From Prorocentrum cordatum (lineage: Eukaryota): a stretch of 64,000 nt of DNA. Made by a program: the position numbers and the translations under genes. Location of the stretch: the NCBI GenBank assembly GCA_963575745.1, contig CAUYUJ010000259.1:248001-312000 (forward strand), given 5' to 3'. Each line of letters starts with the position of its first letter. Positions within the stretch are counted from its first letter, which is position 1. Below the pieces are notes generated by a model that was given only the letters and a program-made list of their open reading frames with translations, was not told where the DNA came from and did no database searches. Below, one piece after another: positions 50,181 through 62,720 of the stretch.

Positions 50181-51939
50181 TCAGGGGGGTAACAGCACAC
50201 ATGCAACATAGGAACATAATATAGGAAAACACGGGACGTGGGGGCGGGTAAGTCGAACATCAAGCACATACGAGAAAATATTGGAGAGGCCTGACGGCCG
50301 GTGCCGCCGACCCTGACTGAAAGGGCTAGGAGTGGGGGGAGGAAGCGGAGGATGAGGAGGAGCAGGAGAAGGGGGAGGAGAAGGAGGAGGAGGAGCAGGA
50401 GGAGGAGCAGGAGGAGGAGCAGGAGGAGGAGGAGGAGGAGGAGGAGGAGGAGAGGAGGAGGAGGGAGGAGGAGGAGGAGGAGGAGGAGGAGGAGGAGGAG
50501 GAAGTGCATCTTTTGTGTGCCCGCTCGAAGAAAGTGCGTCCCGGGAGTGTGATATTCTGACTTGGGATGTGCTCCCCGAAGAGGAAGAAGGGCATCTCGG
50601 GCGTGCCCGCTTTTGGAAAATGCGCCCTAGGGGGGTGGTATTTTGACTCGGGGCCCGCTCCCGGGACGCCTCTGCGGGAGGAGGAGGAGGAGGAGGAGGA
50701 GGAGGAGGAGGAGGAGGAAGAGGGGGAGGAGAAGGAGGAGAGGAGCAGGAGGAGAGGAGGAGGAGCGGAGGAGGAGGAGGAGGAGGAGGAGGAGGAGGAG
50801 GACGAGGAGGAGGAGGAGGAGGAGGACGAGGAGGAGGAGGAGGAGGAGGAGGGGAGAGGAGGAGAAGGAGGAGAGGAGCAGGAGGAGGAGGAGGAGGAGG
50901 AGGAAAAGGAGGAGGAGGACCAGGAGGAGGAGGAGGAGGAGGAGGAGGAGGAGGAAGTGCATCCCGTGCGTGCCCGCTCGAGGAAAGTGCGCCCCAGCGG
51001 GCGTCGTATCTGCCCTGGGCCCCCCCCCACTCCCCTCCCCCCCCCCTGCGGGGAAGGGATCAAAGGGAAGGGGCTTCCCTTCGACTCCGCTACGACGTCG
51101 TTTAGTTTCGCTTTGGATAGCGCGCTTAAGGAGGAGAGCCCTGGGAGGGGGGGAACGGAGACGACGGAGACGTCGAGTCGAACGGAGAAGCCCTTCACAC
51201 ACGCCGACAGGGTCGGCGGATTTGGAATCCTGGGATTTGTGTCTATTCATTCGTGTGCCCGTGGGCCCCTTGATTACGGCCGAACGATCCAACGCCGACC
51301 GTCGGATACCAGCGCCAACGCCGTCGCGGCACGAGTTTTTGCCCCGTGGTGGTACTCACGCTGATGCGCTGCTCTTGTGGCTTCCGCGGGTCCCCCCGCC
51401 GCTCCAGCCGCGCCCGAGCCCCAGAGCTCTGGCCGGAGCGCGCCCCGGGAGAGGTCCGTGGAGCCACCGCATTGTTTTGTTTATTGTTAAGTTTCCCCAG
51501 GGACGGCTTCTTCCTCCTCCTCCTCCTCCTCCTCCTCCTCCTCCTCCTCCTCATGCGTTCTGTTCTCCCCCGCCTCCCTCGCGCCTCCGAACGTTTCTCG
51601 CTCCCCAGCCTCATCGTCCCTGTCGTTACCCCGTCTCATCCTGCGCCTTCCTCCTCATCCTCAGCGTTGGCCCCATTCTTCTCATCATCGTCCCTTTTTT
51701 TCGCGGCAGACTTCCCGTCCTACACATCTCCTCGTCTTTGCTTCCTGCCTTGTGCTCCCTGTCCTCCTCCCCCCCTCCACATCCTTGCTCTCGTCGTCCT
51801 CCTTCCTCGACGTCGTCCTCATCATCATATCAGCCAGCGTTGACTCCAAATCAATAGGAAGACAGGAGGAGGACGAGAGGAGGGTGGGAGGAGGACGAAC
51901 ACAGGATGGGAGCAGGACGGCAGGAGGACGGGAGGAGCA

Positions 51940-52330
51940 AAATCAAGCAAGCGCAAGCGAGCAAGCGGAAGCAAGCAAGCGCAGCGAAAATAAACGCAAG
52001 CAACAGCCAGCGATCAAGTGCAAGCAAGCAAGGGCAAGCAATCGCAAGAAAGCGAGAGCAAGCACGCAAGAGCGAGCAAGCAAGTGCAAATGAGCACGCA
52101 AAAGCAAGTAAGCAAGCACGCAAGAGCAAGCAAGGAAGTGAAAGCACGCATGTGTAGGAATACATACGAGACCGATAGGCATAGGCATACGCATGGGAAC
52201 GCTGAGAGGTGGTGAATAGGCATAGGCATGGGTATTGGCATAGGCATAGGCGTAAGCGTAGGCGTAGGCATAGGAGTTAGGGGGGAGGCATCGGCATAGG
52301 CATAGGCATAGCCATAGGAATTAGGGGGGC
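51940..52330. repeat. (GCAA)n then (GGCATA)n simple repeats
   Basis: Directly visible. Other simple repeats: (GT)n 54825-54995, (CA)n 59245-59455, (CT)n 60150-60480, (TTGCA)n 60720-60900. Confidence 0.9.
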
Positions 52331-53087
52331 ATAGGAATTAGGGGGGCAACGGACCAATTAGTAGAGAATGAGTTAGAACTCCTATAGATCAAGCCAATTT
52401 GGAAAATCTTGCTCCATTCCTCCATTCCTGCTCCCTTCCTCCCTCCTTTCCCCCCATCCCTCCCTCGCCCTTCCCTGCCCCTTCCTCCCCCCTTCCGGCG
52501 CCGCGACAAACATGCAACCTCGTGAGCAGACGCCGTGACAGGAGCCAGGGGCCCCATGCTGCCGCGGCATGCTTCGATAGCCGGCCCGAGCCGTGCGGGC
52601 TCCAGGGCCCGAGGGAAGGCAAAGACGCCCAGGAATCCCTGGATCTCAGGGTCCCCGCTTCCTCCGCGGGAGGGGCTCGTGGTCGTCGTCGCCGTCGCCG
52701 TCGTCTGCGTCGGCTTCGGCATGTGCGTCGCCGTCATCGTCGCCGTCGCCGTCGTCGGCAGCGTCGTCGGCAGCGTTGTCGCTGTTCCTCTCGAGCTTCT
52801 CCTGGTCCTCCTCGCGCCTCTCTCCTCTCTCCTCGTCGGCGTCGTCGGCGCTCCTCCTCTCGGGCTTATCCTGATCCTCTTGCCTCTCTCCTCTCTCCTC
52901 CTACCTCTCATCCTCCCCCTACCCGACCACAGGGAAGCCCTTCTGAAAGCGAGACCGCATCGCCCAGGGACAGCCCAGGCTAGGAGCGGCTTCACTCGCC
53001 GCCGATAGTTGAGAGTCAACTTTCAGGGGCTCTAACCGGCAGAATCCAGCAGAATCCCGTCGTTCGCCTCCGCCCGGGCCCCCCGAG

Positions 53088-53241
53088 GCCGCCCACGCTG
53101 CCTCGCGCGGCGCGCGCGCGGCGGCGTACGCCATGGAGCAGGCGGACGTGGCCAGGAGCACCGCGACGCAGGCCAGGGACATGCTCGGGGAGATCCAGGC
53201 AGGCACCCCTCTATTTTCTGTTGGCGGTGAGGAGGAGGTGG

Positions 53242-53278
<37 letters not shown>

Positions 53279-53369
53279 GGAGGAGGAGGAGGAGGAGGCT
53301 AAGCTTGTGCCTGGAGTGTTCTTCGGCAAAAAAGGTCTCCGGCTCAGGCAATATGTCACGTTCGAAAGG
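53088..53369 (+). CDS. Two probable exons (AAHAASRG...MEQADVARSTATQARDMLGEIQ | AKLVPGVFFGKKGLRL...)
   Basis: Exon 53088-53198 with AG|G acceptor and GC donor; 99-nt microsatellite-filled intron 53199-53297; end of the second exon uncertain. Confidence 0.4.
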
Positions 53370-53455
53370 AATAGGGGAAGAGTAGAGTAGCCCAGATGGC
53401 ACCCCGTCACGTCCGAGACCTCCCTCCCTCCCCCCCCCTCCCCCTTCCCCTCCTC

Positions 53456-53688
53456 GGTAAGACTTCGGCATCCCGCAGGTAGTCCCTGCTGGCCTCAACA
53501 GGCCCTCCGAGTAGTCCCAGCTGGCCTCCGCAGGCCCCCCGGCGGTCTCAACACCACGGCGCCGCATACGGCGGTGTCTCTGGGGCGCTCCGCGCCCCTT
53601 GCGGACTACTCGGGGGGCCTGTTGAGGCCAGCTCGGACCACCTTGGGGGGGGGGGGGAGCTGTCTGTGCACATCCCGAAGCCTTACCA
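53456..53688. mobile_element. Foldback/MITE-like inverted repeat
   Basis: GCTGGCCTCAACAGGCCCTCCGAGTAGTCC (~53488-53517) is inverted at ~53603-53632; outer GGTAAG.CTTCGG / CCGAAG.CTTACC. Confidence 0.65.
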
Positions 53689-56600
53689 TTCCTTCAGGAT
53701 TCTCCTGAGGTTGTCGCTGATTCTTGAAGGTTTTCTCACTTCGGGAGGGTTTCCAGCACCTGCGCGTCGTCGGGAGCGTTCCGGGGGGTACCTGGACCGG
53801 CCCAAGGAGGCCGCTGGAGGCCCAAGTGATGGCCCAGAATCCAGTCCTCGGTTTGCGAAAACAATGCTTTGGGCCAGAGTTCGGTTTCTAGGGGCCCATA
53901 CGGCTCCCCAGGACCGTCGCGAAACGGCTTGGTATGAAAGACCGGTCCCATGGGGAGTGGTCTCAGCCTCCCGGGGTCCTCGTCGTGCAGCAAAAAGCAG
54001 ACAGTCTGGGCTCCCCCGCCTCTGCCTCCCGCTCTCCTCCCTGGTCTTTCCTTTCTTCCTGCAGTACCAGCGCGCAGGGCCAGGCCAGGTGGCACTCCCG
54101 AAGGGTGCCCTTGCATCCTTGCCTCTTCGGCTCGCCGTCGGCCACAGCTCGGGTCAAAAGAGGCTTCGGCCTGGGCGCCCAAGGCTCCTGCATCCTCACC
54201 CCTGTGCCCGTATCCGCGGGAGCGCGCCCTGGAATCCAGACCGCGAGGGTGATGATGCGGATATGTTCGCCGCTCGTGATGGTGGGCGTCGTGAGACACT
54301 GCAGCGTTGGGAGTTGCCACATGGGAGGAGGGAGGAGGGAGGAGGAGGAGGAGCAGGAGGAGGAGGAAGAGGAGCAGGAGGAGGAGGAGGAGGAGGAGGA
54401 GGAGGAGGAGGAAGAGGAGGAGGAGGAGCAGGAGGAGGAGGAGGAGGAGGAGGTGCCCCCAGGACTTCCGAGGGAGCTCCCCACGGCCCGCGGAGCCACC
54501 CCCCGCGAGCCCCAAAAGAGGCCCCATGGGGTCTCCAGGATGGCGCGAGATGCTGCCGGGGGCACCCTGAAGCGGGGACACCCTTCGGCAGCTTGTGAGG
54601 GCTTGATTTATATGCCGCGTCGTTTGGTCTTGGCCAGGGGCAACGGGCTTCGGAACGAGATTTGCTTGCATGGACGTTCCAGCACCCCGCACACAGGGGA
54701 AGCCGAGACGTCCACCCTCACCGAGCTCCTTGGCCGACCACACGGCTCGGCGCATACCTCGAGGCCCTCCCAGCAGCACCCGATGCATCATCGACGATCA
54801 TCAGGACGCGTCTTAGCCAGAATGTGTGTGAGAGTGTGTGTGGTTGTGTGAGTGTGTGGGTGTGAGTGTGAGTGTGTGTGTGTGAGTGTGTGAGTGAGTG
54901 TGTGCGGGTGTGAGTGTGTGTGTGTGAGTGTGTGCGTGTGTGCGTGCGTGTGTGCGTGCGTGTGTATGTGTGTGTGCGTGTGTATGTGTGTGTGTATCTT
55001 GAAGGGCTCCTGTGGAACGACGTGGGCGCTAATACACGTTCTGAGAGTCATCGACAGGAGGGCGGGCGATAGTTCTATCCACATCCAGTGCGTCTCGGAG
55101 TTTGGGGCGCTCGTTCCCAGCAACCTGAGGCGCACTGGATATGGATTCGCTCTGACCCCAAAAAGTCTGGATTCTGATCCAGATCCAGTGCGCCTCGGCC
55201 TCGCGGCCCCCCTTCCCAAAAAGTCCAAGACGCTCTGGACATGGATAGAAGTCTTGCCCGCGAGGAGAGCCCCTGCTTCGCGCACGCGGACCCCTCCACG
55301 ACACCGCCGGACGCCTCGCTGGCGGGCCTCGGCGGGCGGGCCTCGCTGCCGGCGTTGGCGCTCGTGGGCTGCCGACTGGCGCAGCGACGTCAGGCCGCCG
55401 CGGCGGGCAGAAGAGCACCAGACCCCCTCGAGCAATGGAGAAAATCAGGACGAACATCTTTTCGCCATTGTCGGTCTCTGGGGGCCTCTCCTGGGCCCCC
55501 GGTCCCTCAGCAAAACGACTCGGGATGAAGAACCGGTCCCGGGGAACAGTTCGAAACCTCTGTGGGTCGACGCTGCGACAAGACAATTACGTCGTGGGCC
55601 TGGTGACGACGGCGGCGGCGGCGGCGACGACGCCACGGTTCGCGCCGGCGCCGTCTCGGAGTGCTACAGGGAACGGTGGCATCTTCCCTGACGGTGTTGG
55701 CGCGAAGCGTGACGTTGCCAGGGGGGGGGACGCGGCGAGGCCAGTAACGTGGTGTCGCAGGTCATGAAGTTCGGACTTTGCACTGGTCCGGAATCGGATT
55801 TTGCACTGGTCCAGAATTGGCTCAATCCCGCTGAATCTGGCTGAATCCCGCTTCATCCGGCTCAATCCTGGTTGATTGAGGCCTACTCTGGCGCAGCGGC
55901 CCCCCAATGGGGCTGACTCCTCCCTGGGCTTCCCGACGAAGACCCCCCAGCAGTTGCCTCCTACATGCAGAAGTGGTCTCCAGCCTGCGCGCGTGGTGGA
56001 GCCGACCACTCCTTCCGCCACGGCCCACGGCAGACATCGCCGCGGAGCGGCCGCCCGCCCGCTTCTGAGCCGCGTGCGGCAGCGGCCGCGGTCGAGCTGG
56101 AGAGCTCCCCGGGCGCCACGGGGCTGCGCGCGCCGCGGCCCTCGCAGGGCCAGCCTGCAGCAGTGGCAGAGCGCGTCGGCCTGCCTGCCGGCCCAGGTTG
56201 CACGAGGTGCCCCGAGCACACGTCTGGCCATGAGGGAGTCCTGTGTCCATCGGTCGGGTTCGTGGTCTGAGGGCTTGGTGTCTGTTCGGAGAGCATGCTC
56301 TTGTTCAGAGGACGGTCGGTCCCTGCTCAGACCATCGGGCCTCCCGGCAGCCGGGGGGAGCCGCGGGAAGCCAAGGGAAGCTGCCGGAAGCTCATGCGGT
56401 TCCGAACAGAAGTCCAGGAGCGAAAACACGCTCTCGACACGGGGGATGCCGGTCTCTCGAGTGCGCTTGGCCTCGCGCGAAAATTGCAAAGTTCGTCGCA
56501 TGACGCGCTCCTTCGCGCTCCTGATTTTCACCCCCCCCCTTTGATATCCCCCCCTTTCGCCCGACCCAAGGAAGGCCTGAAGGGCACACCGCGGTCTCAG

Positions 56601-59600
56601 ACGTCCCCGTCGCCAGCGTCCGCTCGTAGGGAGCGCATCAGCTATCTCTACTCGAGGGCTGCGCCGCAGGCCATGCCGCGGGGCGTCGCCGGGACAGGCG
56701 ACGGGGAGCCACGGAGGAGGCGTCGCGGGGGCGGCGACGACGGGCACCGGCGAAGGTCTGCGCGAGATCCCTCCCTCCTCCTCCTCCTCTCCTCCTCCTC
56801 CTCCCCTCTCCTCCTCCTCCTCCTCCCTCCTCCCTCCTCCTCCTCCTCCTCCCTCCTCCTCCTCCTCCTCCTCCTCCTCCTCCTCCTCCTCCTCCTCCTC
56901 CTCCTCCTCCTCCCTCCCGGGGTCCAGCGTGGACCGGAACGTCGCCTCGCATCGGCGCGAGGCCGTCGTTCCCCGAGCGGGCTTGCCGATGGTTTCTCAT
57001 CTGGTCAGAGGTTGGTGCCTCCTGCTGCTGCTCTGGCCGTGGCTCGGAGGTGCCGCGGGTTCGTCGGTTTCCTCGGGTTCCGTGGTCTCGTTCTTCCGGT
57101 TCCTGGGCATTGCAAAGTAATGCCAGGCAGTGCCAAGCAACGCCAAGCAATGCGAAGCGATGCCAATCCATGCAAAGATAAGCCACACAATGCAAAGCTG
57201 TGCGAGTTGATGCCAAGCAGTGCCAAGCTTTGCCAAGCAAAGCAAAACAATGCCGAGCAATCGCAAGCAACGCCAAGCAATGCAAAACAATGCCATGCAA
57301 CGCACCCATGCAATAGTATATGTTTTCACTCAATTGGGGTTGCGCCGGGTGTATTGTTTGGAATGGGGGGAGGGCGTGGCCAGGCCCGCAAGGAAATCTG
57401 GACGTCTCGCACGTCGGGGCAAACTTGCACGCATTTTCGGCCCAGAGCTGTTGTGGAACAGGCGGCGGAGGGCGTGGGAGTTGCCATGCAAGTCAACTTG
57501 TTTGAGTCTACAGGAAAACAGCCTCTCCCCCCTGGGGTCCGTCCTCCCAGGGTCCGTCCTGGATTAATTGCGTTCTTTGCCACGAAGCCCGAAAACGACG
57601 TCCGCCTTGTTTGTTGTTGTTTGAAGATGTTGTAGGCCTGTGTACCCAGGGAGGACATTAATTAGCTCACATATGGTTTTGGCACGCTTTTATAGCCACA
57701 TCCAGCCGTGACGACGAGTGCTTTCAAACACATCGCAAATAGGGCTGGAGTAGATGGGGTCTGAGGATAGCGCCCCGCCGCCGAAGCATTGGCGATGCTG
57801 TCCGATATTCTCCGCGCTGATGTCGCCGATGCATCGCCGACGTCGCCGATGCATTGCCTGTGCAACACCGATGCATCGGCAATGCATCGGCGATGCGGCG
57901 CGACCCCCTGACCCCATTCGCTTGTGGCCCATGTGGCCCATGTGGGAGGAGGACGAGGCATGAAAGGAGGAGGAGGAGGATAATGGAGGAGGAGAGTGGA
58001 GGAGGAGGTGGAGGAGAAATGGAAAGAGGAGGAGGAGGAGGATGAGGTGGTGGAGGAGGAGGAGGAGGAAATGAACGAAGGAGGAGGAGCAGGAGGAGGA
58101 GCAGCAGGAGGAGGAAATGAACGGAGGAGGAGGAGAAGGAGTTTGCGAAGGCTGCCGCCCTGACTGGGAGCTCAGTGCGAATGGGGAGCTGCTTGGCCAG
58201 GGAGGGGGGGGAGGGGGAGGAGGAGGAGGAAGAGGAGGGGGAGAAGGAGGAGGAGGAGAAGGAGGAGGAGGAAGAGGAGGCGGAGGAGGAGGAGGAGGAG
58301 GAGGAGGAAGACGAGGGGCAAGATGTCAGGCGTTGCGCAATGGGGGAGGGGCGATAGAAGGAGGGCGGTGAAGAAAGTTGCCCATTTGTTGCCCAAGGGG
58401 CCCCCTCTTTGGCCCGAAAGGGGCAAGGAGGGTGCTCGTTTCTCCCCCCCCACCTCGTGTGTCGCCCACCCAATTCAGGAATGCCCGAGAAGGAGGAGGA
58501 GGAGGGGGAGTGTGAGGAGGAGGAGGAGGAGGAGGCGGCGGCAGATACGTGTCCCCACAGGCGCGGCCCCACTGGCGCCGCAGGGTGCGGCGGGCGTGGC
58601 GCCACGCCCACGGCGCATTCCTGTGACCCGCCGGCCCACGCAGCCGGCAGGGCGCCGCGGACAGCAGGGGCAACGCTATAGGGGCGGATGGGCTCGTGGG
58701 GGGGGATCGCATCGACCCCGAATCGCCCATTCCGATCAAGGGAAACGCGCATCAACAGAAACTGTCACATCTCCGCGCGGAGTTCTCGGATCTGCGCTGG
58801 ATCCGCCTGGCGGCGCTGCAGCGCCGCCTCCGGCGCGCTCCGCGTGCCAGGGAGGAAGGGGGGGGTCCAGCGCATAGCTAAGACGTCCGCACGGACCTGC
58901 GGCAGTTTCACGTTTGAGCAGTTTTTTGTTTGGCTCGTCCCTTCATGGTAGCCCCCGCCCCGCGCAGGAACATGCGGATTCGTTTTCGGGGGCCCGTCGC
59001 CGATCGGTCGGCGATCTTTCGCGGATCATTTCGATGTTTTCCGCCACCGCTGAGCCAGTGGCCCCCTAGCGTTCCCCCCGCAGACCAGCGCTCTGTTCGC
59101 GACCGTCGCGGCCGCCGCCAAAGGCATCCCCTGATCCCCGTCGCCATCGCCGCCCCAGACTTCGGGCAGACCCAGGTGTTTCTAGTCCAGGCGCATCTTC
59201 TGCGTGTTTCGGCCAGCATGGGCTGTTCTCACTCCCCGGGTGCAGCACACACACACAGACACGGACACGGACACAGACGTACAGACACACAGACACACAC
59301 ACAGACACACTCTCTACGTCGGCGGCTGGGCAGAGATCACTGCTGAGGCGATCTGGCATCAGTGGGGCGCGCCAGATGCAAATCACACATACACACATAC
59401 ACACAACACACACACACACAACACACACACACACAGACGCACACACACACACACTGATCCAGGACGGGAAGTTGCCCCTCCCCCTCCCCCCCCCAGGGAT
59501 GAGGGGTTGAGGCTTCTGGGGCCTGCGGGTTTAAAGTGCCAATATGTCTGTCTCCAGAGTCATGGAGGACCTCAAGAGTAGCCTGGGGACAGATAGTGAG

Positions 59601-61574
59601 CGGATTTCGCTTCGACCCCTGGCAGACTCGAAAGAGTCGCACCAGAGGCCTGTTCGTTAAGTGAGACTGTTTGGAAGCTCCTTGTAACATGTTTTTTCGT
59701 TTGGTGTTTTTCGTGGCGCTTCGTTTTCACTAACTGCGTTCATTGGTGTTTTGTGCCTTTCAGTTGCTTGATAAGTTCTTTTGGTGGCCTGTGGTGGCTT
59801 TTGCGTGCGTTCGGTTACTTTGTTTGTAGTTTTGGTGTTTTCGGTGTCGTTGCGGGGGGACAAGGATCGTCCCGGAGCCACCAAGATAAAGCGGTGTACG
59901 GTTCAACTGTGTCCCCCCCAAAAGTGCAACCATGATGTGACATCATGATTGCAGTTTACCGCGTCCAGGAAGAGCGGGGAAGAGAAGCTTTTGTGATACT
60001 GGAGTGGTCCTGGCTGACTTCCGCACCTTTGAATGTGTTTCATGTAATATCATGCCTTCGGTCTGTGTCCCGTTCTTTCCTTTCCTTGTCTCGCCTTCCC
60101 TCCACTCTGGGGCTTCTCCCTTTCCAGTTTCTCCCGGGAAATTTGTTGTTGCGCCTCTCTCTCTCTCTCTCTGTTTTTCTCTTTTCTTTCACTCTCTTTC
60201 ACTCTATCTATCTATCGATCTCTCTCTCTTTCTCTCCCTCTCTCTCTCATTCTTCCCCTCTCTCTGTGTCACGCTCTTTGAAACTCTCTTTCTCTCTTTC
60301 TCCCATCCCATCGCTTCCTCTACCACTTTCTGAATCTCCCTCTCTTTCTATCACTTCCTCTTTCTATCTCTCCTCGCACTATCTCTCTATCTCTCTGGCC
60401 TCCCGTCCCGGCGTTTCCCTTCCCTCTCGCGTTCTCGCTTCCTCTTTCCCCCGCTGCTCTGTTCTTCCTCTCCCCCCCTCTGTTTATTCCCCAGATCGTG
60501 CTTGCATGTAGGGGTTCTTACTTCTGGAATAAGGAACTGGGCCTTTGCGTCGGCCTGGCGGCGATGTTGTCGTGATCGCCGCCACTCGCCGACTCGTCGC
60601 CGCCCATCGTCAAGGCCTGTGAGTCGGTCTGACCGCTATGTTGTCGCCATCACCGCTCCGTCGCCATCTCGTCGCCGTCCCGTGTATGGGCCGGCGTTGC
60701 TTCGCATTTCTGTTGCTGTGCTTTGCGTTGCATAGCTCTGTATTGTTCATTACTGCATTGCTTTGCATGCGTTGCACTGCGTTGCATTGCATTGCATTGC
60801 TCATTGCTCTGCATCGCTTTGCATGACTTGACCTTCCGTTGTGTTGCTTTACATTGCTTTGCGTTGCGTTGCATTGCTTCGCACTGCCTTTTACAAAAAT
60901 TGCTCCACACAGATTGAATAGCATATATTGCTCACCACGCATATTGCACTACACAGTTTTCACCACATAGTCTCCACAGTATACTTTGCACCACGTTGAT
61001 TCTCTTTTCTAAAAGAGTATTAGGGTCCCCCTCTCGAGATGAAGGGGACCGCTTTTCATATTGCGTTGTACAAATGATTATGCCCCATCGTACAGTCCAG
61101 TATCCCACCCCCTAATCCTCTACAAACATGCTATGCGCGCGCACCCGTTCATCAAACAGCATCAGGGTTCAAGGGTCTCTTGCAACAAATGGGACGGATT
61201 GCACGCGCGCGCGTCGTCGCGCGCGCATGCCGCAATCCTTCAACAACTTTTTAGGTTTCGTGAGGATTTCATATTCTAGCGTCTCGAAACCATTCAAAGT
61301 TTTTGGTTTGGCAACATCCGTTTTCCAAAAGGGGCCTGCGCTCGCGCTCTTGCGAGTTTTTCCGAAATCCATAGGTTTGCTTCGAACATTCTCATGACAT
61401 TCGTCCAACATGCCTCCCGCGCCGCATGTTGAACTCATTCGAACGCCCTTGCGCGCGTGCTGGGGGGGCACGATCCGCGCCTAAAAACACTGGGGGCAAC
61501 TCTCGCGCCTCGGCTGCGTGCGCATGACGAACTCCTCCCAAAACTCTCACCACCGACGCGAGGACCCCGTCATC

Positions 61575-62720
61575 GTCGCCGGCGCGGTCAGCATCGGCGC
61601 AGTCATTGGCCTTGCCTTGCCGTCGTCGAAGTCACCAGCGTTACCAGCATCGCTACTATCATCATCGTGTCCACCGCTTTCGACGTTGCCACGATACGCG
61701 CGAACTGAAGTGCCAAACTAGCTGGCCGCTGCGCGCGAGAGCATGCGCGGGTGAGCGCGGCCGCACACATGTGCCAGCAAACTTCAAGCAACCATCGCAT
61801 TTGCCACCGCATGGATTTTGTAAAACAAGATGCGGGTGGGTGGGTGGGGCGATTGCGCGAGCAGTGGAGTGGACAATTTCAAGTTTGGCAGGGTGATTTT
61901 TGTTTCAACATCAAATATGGTCGACCCCCCACTCGAAATTAACCGTCCTGGCTTTGTTTTCTTATTGCGATATTCATACGAATCTGCCCCATCGTCCATC
62001 ATGTGTATAATTTTGCACTATCCAACGCAGGCCGGTATCGTGTTTCACAAACCAACAGTTTCCAACACATTTTTTGCACACACGGGACAACATGCACACG
62101 CGGGCGTCGTCGCGAGGTTCTCTGATGATTCAGAATTGAGTGTTGCCCATGTGTTTTGGATAAACAGATGGGGTCGCTTTGATTTTCACTCGAAACAAGC
62201 TTGCGCCCGCACTCTTGTCGAATTCGCCGGGCAACCGTTCCAAACGCGTGTCATAACATGCTACCAAGCGGGGTTCGCGCGAACATGTCGAAGTCGTGCG
62301 AGCGTCTCTGCGCACGCAGTGTCGCAAGGTTGTTATTGCAACATAAATGACGATGTGCACACGCGCGGCATCGTCTCCGTCACTGGCTTTGCCGTCGTCA
62401 AGGTCACCATCGTCACCAGCATCGTCAGCATCATCATCGAGTCGACCGTTGTTGACTTTGCCATGATACCGCGCCCGCCCAAGTCGCCGACTCGCACTGA
62501 AGTTCCCGCTGGGAAACGCCCAGCGAAACGTGCCACCGCGGACGCGTCAGTCGCGCCAAAGTGGCTGGCTGGCCGCTGCGCGCGCGAGCATGCGCGGGCT
62601 AGTGCAGCCGCAAACGTGCACCAGCCAACACCAAGCACTCATCGCACTCGCCGCCGCATGGTTTTTATGCAAACCAAGTTGCTTGTGGGTGGGTGGGACG
62701 ATTGCGCGAACAGTGCGGTG
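61575..62720. repeat. Diverged ~300-bp direct repeat (~61575-61870 and ~62360-62720)
   Basis: Shared TTGCCGTCGTC..GTCACCA..GT.ACCAGCATCG, GCTGGCCGCTGCGCGCG.GAGCATGCGCGGG and GGGTGGGTGGG.CGATTGCGCGA. Confidence 0.8.
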
